A DNA stretch of 41,183 nucleotides, taken from assembly GCA_964346545.1 (NCBI GenBank), contig CAYFVR010000001.1, positions 11,440 through 52,622 on the forward strand. The letters are read 5' to 3'. The position numbers were made by a program, and so were the translations under genes. The notes below the pieces were generated by a model. That model searched no databases. It saw nothing but the letters and a program-made list of their open reading frames with translations, and was not told where the DNA came from. The stretch comes from an uncultured Desulfobacterales bacterium (GTDB lineage Bacteria; Desulfobacterota; Desulfobacteria; Desulfobacterales; Desulfococcaceae). This document shows, in pieces, positions 34,792-41,183 of this stretch; position 1 is the stretch's first letter, and the number at the start of each line of letters is the position of its first letter.

Positions 34792-37266
34792 ATGGCGGAA
34801 ACCGACAAGGACGATCTGATCAGCATCATCGAGGAAGAGGAAATCGCCGGGGACATTCCCGACGTGATGCCGCTCATGCCGGTGCGGGACGTGGTCATCT
34901 TCACCGACATGCTGCTGCCGCTCTTCGTGGGCCGAAAAAAATCGGTTCGGGCGGTGGAGGAGGCGGTGGCCAAGGACAGCTTCCTCATGCTGGTCACCCA
35001 GAAGGATCCCGGGGTGGAATCCCCGAAACCGGAGGATATCTTCGAGGTGGGCACCGTGGGCCGCATCCTGCGGATGCTCAAGCTGCCCGACGGCCGCCTC
35101 AAGGCCCTGGTGCAGGGGGTGGCCAAGGCGAAGGTGGAAAAATATACCCGCAAGCGCTCCTGGTATCAGGTCCGCGTTTCCCTCGTCGAAGAGCCGGAGA
35201 CGACGGAACCGGACCTGGAAACCGAGGCCATGATGCGCAACGTGCGGGATTATTCGGAAAAAATTCTTTCCCTTCGCGGGGAAATGAGCAACGACGTGAC
35301 CACCATCCTGGAAAGCATCGAGGAGCCCGGCCGACTGGCCGACCTGGTGGCCTCCAACCTGCGGTTAAAGCTCGAAGAATCCCAAATGATTCTGGAGCTG
35401 CTCGATCCGCTGGAGCGGTTGCGCAAAGTCAACGATCTGCTGTCCCGGGAAGTGGAACTCTCGGCCATGCAGGCCAAAATCCAAAGCGACGTCAAGGACG
35501 AGATTTCCAAAAGCCAGCGGGATTATTTCCTGCGGGAGCAGGTGCGGGCCATCCACAAGGAACTCGGCGAGATGGACGACCGGGGCCAGGAGGTGGACGA
35601 GTACGCCCAGCGGATCAAAAAAGCCAAAATGCCCAAGGAGGCCAGGGAAGAGGCCGAAAAACAGCTCCGGCGGCTGGAGCAGATGCATCCGGAAGCCGCC
35701 GAAACGACCATCATCCGAACCTATCTGGACTGGCTGGTGGAACTGCCCTGGAAAAAATCGACCAAGGACCATCTGGACATCGCCAACGCCAAAACGGTGT
35801 TGGATCGGGACCATTACGGCCTGGACCGCATCAAGGACCGGATCCTGGAATACCTCAGCGTCCGCAAGCTCAATCCCGAGATGAAAGGGCCGATCCTCTG
35901 CTTCGTGGGCCCCCCCGGCGTGGGCAAAACCTCCCTGGGGCGCGCCATCGCCCGGGCGCTGAAACGCAAGTTCCACCGCATCTCCCTGGGCGGGGTTCGG
36001 GACGAGGCGGAAATCCGGGGCCACCGGCGAACCTACATCGGGGCGCTTCCCGGCCGGATCATCCAGGGGCTCAAGCAGTGCGGCACCCGAAACCCGGTTT
36101 TCATGATGGACGAGATCGACAAGCTGGGGGCCGATTTCCGGGGCGATCCTTCTTCGGCCCTGCTGGAGGCGCTGGACCCGGAACAAAACGACCAGTTCAG
36201 CGACCATTACCTGAACCTGGCGTTCGATCTGTCCCAGGTGATGTTCATCCTGACGGCCAACGTCGGCGACACCATCCCCTCGGCCCTCTACGACCGCATG
36301 GAGGTGATCCGCATTCCCGGCTACACCGAGGAGGAGAAGACGGTGATCGCCCATCGTCACCTGATCCCCCGCCAGCTCAAGGAAAACGGCCTCAAGCCGC
36401 GCAATCTTTCCATCAGCGACGGCGCCCTGGCCCAGATGATCACCGAATACACCGCGGAGGCGGGCCTGCGGAATCTGGAGCGGAAAATCGGCGCCATCTG
36501 CCGGAAGACCGCCCGGCGCATCGCGGAGGGAAAAAAGGGCAAGATGGCCGTCACCCGCGCCAACATCCACAAATTCCTGGGGGTGCCCCGATACTCTCCG
36601 GAAATGGACAAGGACGAAAGCCAGATCGGCCTGGCCACCGGCCTCGCCTGGACCGAAGTGGGCGGCGAGGTGCTCTACATCGAGGCCTCGCTGATTCCCG
36701 GCAAGGGCGAAATGCTCATCACGGGGCAGCTGGGCGAGATCATGCAGGAGTCGGCCCGGGCCGCGGTCACCTACGCCCGTCGCCGGCTGACCAGCTTCGG
36801 CCTCAAGGAGAACCATCTGGACAACCTGGACCTGCACATCCACGTGCCCGCCGGCGCGATTCCCAAGGACGGACCTTCGGCCGGCATCGCCATGGCCACC
36901 GCCCTCATCTCCATCCTGCTGCAACGGCCCATCAGCGCCGACGTGGCCATGACCGGGGAAATCACCCTCCGGGGCCGGGTGCTGCCCATCGGCGGGCTCA
37001 AGGAAAAGGTGCTGGGCGCTTTGCGCGGCGGCATCCGGACCATCGTCATCCCGGAGAAAAACCGAAAGGAGCTGTCGGAACTTCCGGCCCGCCTCCGGCG
37101 AAAGGTGGAATTCATTCCCGTGGGCCACATGGACGAAGTGCTGCCCGTGGCCATTCCGGAAACCAAGGGCCGCCGGATTCCGAACCGACCGGTTCGCCGA
37201 CCCCGGGCGGCGCCCCCGCGCCGGGGCATCCGGGGTCCGTTCCGCCCGGGAATCCGAACCCCATGA
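34792..37266 (+). CDS. lon: ATP-dependent Lon protease (LonA)
   Basis: LON N-domain (MPLMPVRDVVIFTDMLLPLFVGRKKS), Walker A GPPGVGKTS, and the protease site HIHVPAGAIPKDGPSAGIAMATAL with a downstream Lys (TGEITLRGRVLPIGGLKEK). Confidence 0.97.
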   Translation: MAETDKDDLISIIEEEEIAGDIPDVMPLMPVRDVVIFTDMLLPLFVGRKKSVRAVEEAVAKDSFLMLVTQKDPGVESPKPEDIFEVGTVGRILRMLKLPDGRLKALVQGVAKAKVEKYTRKRSWYQVRVSLVEEPETTEPDLETEAMMRNVRDYSEKILSLRGEMSNDVTTILESIEEPGRLADLVASNLRLKLEESQMILELLDPLERLRKVNDLLSREVELSAMQAKIQSDVKDEISKSQRDYFLREQVRAIHKELGEMDDRGQEVDEYAQRIKKAKMPKEAREEAEKQLRRLEQMHPEAAETTIIRTYLDWLVELPWKKSTKDHLDIANAKTVLDRDHYGLDRIKDRILEYLSVRKLNPEMKGPILCFVGPPGVGKTSLGRAIARALKRKFHRISLGGVRDEAEIRGHRRTYIGALPGRIIQGLKQCGTRNPVFMMDEIDKLGADFRGDPSSALLEALDPEQNDQFSDHYLNLAFDLSQVMFILTANVGDTIPSALYDRMEVIRIPGYTEEEKTVIAHRHLIPRQLKENGLKPRNLSISDGALAQMITEYTAEAGLRNLERKIGAICRKTARRIAEGKKGKMAVTRANIHKFLGVPRYSPEMDKDESQIGLATGLAWTEVGGEVLYIEASLIPGKGEMLITGQLGEIMQESARAAVTYARRRLTSFGLKENHLDNLDLHIHVPAGAIPKDGPSAGIAMATALISILLQRPISADVAMTGEITLRGRVLPIGGLKEKVLGALRGGIRTIVIPEKNRKELSELPARLRRKVEFIPVGHMDEVLPVAIPETKGRRIPNRPVRRPRAAPPRRGIRGPFRPGIRTP

Positions 37267-37949
37267 AGCTGCTGGCCGTCGACACCGCCACTCCGAGCCT
37301 GAGCGTGGCGGTCACCGACGGCGAAGAACTTCGGGCGGAAATCACCCTCCGCCGCCGCCAGACCCATACTCGAACGCTGATGCGCCAGCTGGAATCGGTT
37401 CTGGAACTGGCCGGGATGGCGCCCGCGGAACTGGACGGGCTGGCGGCGGTGGCCGGCCCGGGCAGCTTCACCGGGCTGCGCATCGGCCTGAGCGCCGTCA
37501 AGGGGCTCGCCCTGGGGCTGGGGAAGCCGGCGGTGGGCGTCTCCGCCCTGGAGGGGCTGGCCCGACAGCTTCCCGGCGTCTCCGTCTCGATTCACGTCCT
37601 GATCGACGCCCGCAAGGGCCAGGTCTACCGGGGGATGTTCCGGTGGGCGGAGGATCGGCTGGTCTCGTTGGCGGAACCGGCCGTGCTGAGTCCCGAAGCG
37701 GCGGCCGCGGAAATGCGGGGAGCGGCCATGCTGGTGGGGGACGGGGCCCGGCTCCACCGGGAACGGCTGGCGCGTCGCGTCGGGGCGCGGTTTCGCGTCG
37801 CCCCCCCCGGCGTCCACACCCTTCGGGCGTCCACCGCGGCCCGGATGGCCCGGGAGAAGATTGCGGCGGGCGCCTCTTGCGATCCGGCCGAGCTGGTTCC
37901 CCAATATTTGCGTCCCTCGGACGCGGAATTGGCGCGAACGGACGGGTAA
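37263..37949 (+). CDS. tsaB: tRNA t6A37 biosynthesis protein TsaB
   Basis: MKLLAVDTATPSLSVAV ... LDGLAAVAGPGSFTGLRIGLSAVKGLALGLGKPAVGVSALE. The start overlaps the lon stop as ATGA (37263-37266). Confidence 0.9.
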   Translation: MKLLAVDTATPSLSVAVTDGEELRAEITLRRRQTHTRTLMRQLESVLELAGMAPAELDGLAAVAGPGSFTGLRIGLSAVKGLALGLGKPAVGVSALEGLARQLPGVSVSIHVLIDARKGQVYRGMFRWAEDRLVSLAEPAVLSPEAAAAEMRGAAMLVGDGARLHRERLARRVGARFRVAPPGVHTLRASTAARMAREKIAAGASCDPAELVPQYLRPSDAELARTDG

Positions 37950-37956
37950 GTTTTCA

Positions 37957-37986
37957 TTGACACCGGCTTCGGCCTTCGGTTATACA
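37957..37986 (+). promoter_or_regulatory. Candidate sigma70-type promoter for psd
   Basis: TTGACA (37957-37962), 18-nt spacer, TATACA (37981-37986). It lies about 40 nt upstream of ATG 38025. Confidence 0.35.
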
Positions 37987-38024
37987 GGCCGAACGACTTG
38001 AGATGAAAGGGTTCTCTTTCCGAA

Positions 38025-38702
38025 ATGTCCAAATTTTTCTGGGCCGATCCGCCCGGACAACGGGCCTTTCCGGTGGCCAAGGCGGGAATTCCGCTAATCG
38101 CCGCGGGCGCGTTCGTCACGGCCGTTTTCGCCCTGCTGGAATTGACGGTCCCGGCCCTGATCGGGCTTTTCGGCACCGCCTGCGTTTGCGCCTTTTTCCG
38201 GGATCCGGATCGGGCCATCCCCGCCGAGCCGGGCGCGGTGGTTTCTCCGGCCGACGGAAAGGTCATCGTGGCGGAGCGGGTGAACGACTGCCCCTTTTTG
38301 GATGGGCCCCGTTTCAAATTGAGCGTCTTCATGACCGTTTTCAACGTCCACGTCAACCGGATTCCGGTGGCGGGCACGGTGGAGTCGGTCCATTACCATC
38401 CCGGCAAATTCGTTTCGGCCAATCTCGACAAGGCCAGCCGCGAGAACGAACACAACGCGGTGATCGTGACGTCCGACGAAGGCGGGGCGTCCATCTGTTA
38501 CGTGCAGATCGCCGGCCTGGTGGCTCGCCGGATCATCTCCTGGGTGCAGCCGGGCGACCGCCTCGCCCGCGGCCAGCGTTGCGGGCTGATCTGCTTCGGC
38601 TCCCGGCTGGACGTTTACCTGCCGCCGGACGCCCGGCCGGCCGTGACGATCGGCGAAAAGGTGCGGGCCGGCACTTCGATTCTGGGCCGCCTGTCCGAAT
38701 AA
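38025..38702 (+). CDS. psd: Phosphatidylserine decarboxylase proenzyme (short, archaetidylserine-decarboxylase-related type)
   Basis: FFRDPDRAIP...VVSPADGKV ... RLSVFMxVFNVHVNRIPVAG ... HPGKF ... ENEHNA ... IAGLVARRI ... GLICFGSRLDVYLP. The FGS motif is the self-cleavage site context. Confidence 0.9.
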   Translation: MSKFFWADPPGQRAFPVAKAGIPLIAAGAFVTAVFALLELTVPALIGLFGTACVCAFFRDPDRAIPAEPGAVVSPADGKVIVAERVNDCPFLDGPRFKLSVFMTVFNVHVNRIPVAGTVESVHYHPGKFVSANLDKASRENEHNAVIVTSDEGGASICYVQIAGLVARRIISWVQPGDRLARGQRCGLICFGSRLDVYLPPDARPAVTIGEKVRAGTSILGRLSE

Positions 38703-38810
38703 AAACATTTCGGGATCGACATTCCACGGGCGACCGCCGCGGCACTTGGCCGTTGGACGGCCGCCCGGTATTTTAGGAGGCGGAGTCATCCCGTCTCCGG
38801 GAGAACGCAC

Positions 38811-39884
38811 ATGTCCAACAAATCCTACCGAATCGCCGTGATTCCGGGCGACGGCACGGGCCCCGAGGTGGTGGCCGAGGGCGTCAAGGCCCTGAACGCC
38901 GCCGCCGAAAAAGAGGGATTGTCCCTGAGCTACGCCGAATTCGATCTGGGCGGCGAACGCTACAAGCGCACCGGAGACATCCTCCCCGACTCCGTGATCG
39001 CCGAACTCGGCCAATTCGACGCCATGTACCTGGGCGCCATCGGCCATCCCGACGTGAAGCCGGGGATCCTGGAAAAGGGCATTCTCCTCAAGCTCCGCTT
39101 CCACTTCGACCAGTACGTCAATCTGCGTCCCATCAAGCTGTACGAAGGGGTGGAGACCCCGCTGAAGGACAAGGGACCGGCCGACATCGATTTCGTGGTG
39201 GTGCGGGAAAACACCGAGGGCCTTTACGCCGGGGCCGGCGGCTTTCTCAAGATGGGCACGCCGGACGAGGTGGCGGTGCAGGAATCGATCAACACCCGCA
39301 AGGGCGTGGAGCGCTGCGTTCGATACGCCTTCGAATACTGCCGCCGCCGAAACCGCCGCAAGACCCTGACCCTGTGCGGCAAGACCAACGTGCTGACCTA
39401 CGCCTTCGACCTGTGGGAGCGGACCTTTTACGAGGTGGCCCGGGAATACCCGGACGTCAAGACCGACTACGCCAACGTGGACGCCATCTGCATGTGGATG
39501 GTCAAGAACCCGGAATGGTTCGACGTGATCGTCACCGACAACATGTTCGGCGACATCATCACCGACCTGGCCGCCATGATCCAGGGCGGCATGGGCATCG
39601 CCGCCGGGGGCAACATCAACCCCGAGGGCGTCTCCATGTTCGAGCCCATCGGCGGCTCCGCGCCCAAGTACACCGGCAAGGGGGTCATCAACCCGGTGGC
39701 CGCCATCTCCTCCGCCCAGATCCTGTTGGACACTCTGGGCGAGCCCGGCGCGGCCGCCCGGATCGAAGCGGCGGTGGCCCGGGTGCTCCGAAACGACATC
39801 CAGCACGTCGGCGCCGGGCGGATGGGCATGTCCACCGCCGAAGTGGGCGACCGGGTGGCCGACTACATCGCCCGGGGCGATTGA
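38811..39884 (+). CDS. Isocitrate/isopropylmalate dehydrogenase-family enzyme (3-isopropylmalate / tartrate / D-malate dehydrogenase subgroup)
   Basis: YRIAVIPGDGTGPEV ... FDQYVNLRP ... FVVVRENTEGLYAG ... NMFGDIITDLAAMIQGGMGIAAGGNINPEG ... MFEPIGGSAPKYTGKGVINPVAAI. The substrate cannot be called by eye. Confidence 0.85.
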   Translation: MSNKSYRIAVIPGDGTGPEVVAEGVKALNAAAEKEGLSLSYAEFDLGGERYKRTGDILPDSVIAELGQFDAMYLGAIGHPDVKPGILEKGILLKLRFHFDQYVNLRPIKLYEGVETPLKDKGPADIDFVVVRENTEGLYAGAGGFLKMGTPDEVAVQESINTRKGVERCVRYAFEYCRRRNRRKTLTLCGKTNVLTYAFDLWERTFYEVAREYPDVKTDYANVDAICMWMVKNPEWFDVIVTDNMFGDIITDLAAMIQGGMGIAAGGNINPEGVSMFEPIGGSAPKYTGKGVINPVAAISSAQILLDTLGEPGAAARIEAAVARVLRNDIQHVGAGRMGMSTAEVGDRVADYIARGD

Positions 39885-40067
39885 CCGTCCGGCGACGACT
39901 TCCGCCGTTCCCGCCGGTTCTCGTACCGTCCGGGGCCAGGCGACCAATTTTAATTGACCGCGGCCGACGATTCCCCCCCATGGGCGGAACCGCCGGCCGC
40001 GCGGTTTCCGCAACTCCCGATGGCGACCCAAAAAGCCATCGGGACGAGCGTACTCGGGAGTTTTCCA

Positions 40068-40535
40068 TTGAACAAGGTACCCATGACCCCAACGGGCTAT
40101 CAGACCCTCAAAAGCGAACTTGAAAATTTGAAATCCGTGGAGCGTCCCCAGAACATCCAGGCCATCGAAGAGGCCCGGGCCCACGGCGACCTGTCGGAAA
40201 ACGCGGAGTTCGACGCCGCCAAGGATCGTCAGGCATTTTTGGAAGGGCGCATCAGCGAGTTGGAATACAAGTTGAGCAACGCCGAAATCATCGACCCGGC
40301 CAAGACGTCCAAGGACAAGGCGGTGTTCGGATGCACCGTGATTCTGGAAAACATCGAGACGGGCCAGGAGGTGAAATACCAGCTGGTGGGCCCGGAAGAG
40401 TCCAATATCGAGGCGGGACGCATTTCGGTCTCCTCCCCCCTGGGCAAGGCCATGCTCGGCAAGGAGCCCGGCATGGAGGTGGTGCTTCAGGCCCCGGGCG
40501 GCACCCGCCGCTACGAGCTGATCGAAATCCTGTAA
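40068..40535 (+). CDS. greA: Transcription elongation factor GreA
   Basis: PMTPTGYQTLKSELENLKSVERPQNIQAIEEARAHGDLSENAEFDAAKDRQAFLEGRISELE is the GreA coiled-coil N-terminus. The C-terminal part has VSSPLGKAMLGKEPG. TTG 40068 (GGGAG 7 nt upstream) gives the usual xxxxPMT N-terminus. ATG 40083 is the conservative alternative. The tracked 39954 start is unlikely. Confidence 0.9.
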   Translation: MNKVPMTPTGYQTLKSELENLKSVERPQNIQAIEEARAHGDLSENAEFDAAKDRQAFLEGRISELEYKLSNAEIIDPAKTSKDKAVFGCTVILENIETGQEVKYQLVGPEESNIEAGRISVSSPLGKAMLGKEPGMEVVLQAPGGTRRYELIEIL

Positions 40536-40550
40536 TTCGGAGGAATATTC

Positions 40551-41129
40551 ATGGCGCGCATTACCATCGAAGACTGCCTGAACCGGGTGCCCAATCGCTT
40601 CGTTCTGGTGCACATGGTGGCCCAGCGGGTGCGGGAGATCCGCGAAGGGTCCGAGTATCTGGTCAGCTCCCCCAAAAACGAGGACATCGTGGTGGCCCTT
40701 CGGGAAATCGCGGCCGGCAAGGTGTTTTTGCGGCGGCGGCGATCCATGGACTCCCCGATCCCCGAATCCACCGCCCTCTCGGCCAAGCCGACCCCGCCCT
40801 CCCGCATCGCGGCCGCGGAGCCCGCCTCCCTGAAGGCCCTGGACGCCGCCGTCCCGCCGTCCGAAAAGGTGGCGGAGGAGGAGGCGCCCCAGGCGGAGGA
40901 CATGGGGACCGTCGGCGAGCCGACCGATCCGACGCCCGAGGCCCGGGAACCCGAAGCCCAAGAGCCCGAAGCCCCGGAACTCGAAACCCGGGAGCCCGAG
41001 CCCCCGGAACCCGAAGCTCAGCAGGCGAACGCCCCGGAGCCGGACATCCAGGAGCCCGACGCCCAAGAGGCGGACGCCCAGCCAAGCGATCGGGAGCCGC
41101 CGACAGCCGAGTCCGCCGAAACGGAATAA
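40551..41129 (+). CDS. rpoZ: RNA polymerase omega subunit with a roughly 120-aa acidic Pro/Glu-rich C-terminal extension
   Basis: MARITIEDCLNRVPNRFVLVHMVAQRVREIREG is the RpoZ core. From about 40760 onward the sequence is low complexity: EPEAQEPEAPELETREPEPPEPEAQQANAPEPDIQEPDAQEADAQ. Confidence 0.9.
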   Translation: MARITIEDCLNRVPNRFVLVHMVAQRVREIREGSEYLVSSPKNEDIVVALREIAAGKVFLRRRRSMDSPIPESTALSAKPTPPSRIAAAEPASLKALDAAVPPSEKVAEEEAPQAEDMGTVGEPTDPTPEAREPEAQEPEAPELETREPEPPEPEAQQANAPEPDIQEPDAQEADAQPSDREPPTAESAETE

Positions 41130-41183
41130 AATGAAGGGTTCCGCCTACCGCACCCTTCGGCGGGACATGGGCCGGGCCCTGCA

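Noticed and set aside
38730-38760. GGCAC...GTTGG near 38742 as a sigma54 (-24/-12) promoter for the dehydrogenase gene.
   Set aside because: The spacing between the GG and the putative GC element does not fit TGGCAC-N5-TTGC.
40900-41100. Repetitive DNA in the rpoZ 3' region, and in the 8560-8720 acidic-tail region, as CRISPR-like or non-coding tandem repeats.
   Set aside because: The repeats are imperfect, in frame, and encode low-complexity acidic peptide inside continuous ORFs. There is no repeat-spacer architecture.
41131-41183. ATG at 41131 (MKGSAYRTLRRDMGRAL...) as the start of the next gene after rpoZ.
   Set aside because: Only 17 codons are visible before the window ends, with no recognisable motif. 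This is too little to support a call.

Overview
High-GC bacterial chromosomal segment. Most 60-nt lines I hand-counted are about 58-65% GC. The gene content looks like a Desulfobacterota/deltaproteobacterium-type organism, but that is inference only. I support about 31 protein genes and one pseudogene. I saw no rRNA, tRNA, CRISPR array, transposase or integrase. Housekeeping genes: dapL, an IscA/HesB-like protein, a DUF255 thioredoxin-fold protein, tex, pilD, lon, tsaB, psd, an isopropylmalate/tartrate dehydrogenase-family enzyme, greA and rpoZ. There are three accessory regions. (1) 1355-3235 is an AT-rich islet carrying brnT, its partner antitoxin, a DUF2442-like relic and a TauE/SafE permease. 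Its right edge cuts into an untracked, frameshifted Phd/YefM-like antitoxin relic on the minus strand (3195-3399). (2) 13561-16709 is a lipoprotein / 4xDUF350 / membrane-fused spermidine-synthase-like operon. (3) 16990-31778 is the main candidate for something undescribed. It encodes a TolC-family outer-membrane lipoprotein with a C-terminal SPOR domain, then a 1,794-aa acidic DUF4347 giant protein with no Sec signal. Next come an intact M50/site-2-type metalloprotease fused to an HlyD-like adaptor, two more adaptor proteins (one with a GAF-like cytoplasmic domain) and a TM-3xGAF class III nucleotide cyclase. No ABC, RND or MFS transporter is present. All family calls come from reading motifs by eye. 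None has been confirmed by a search.
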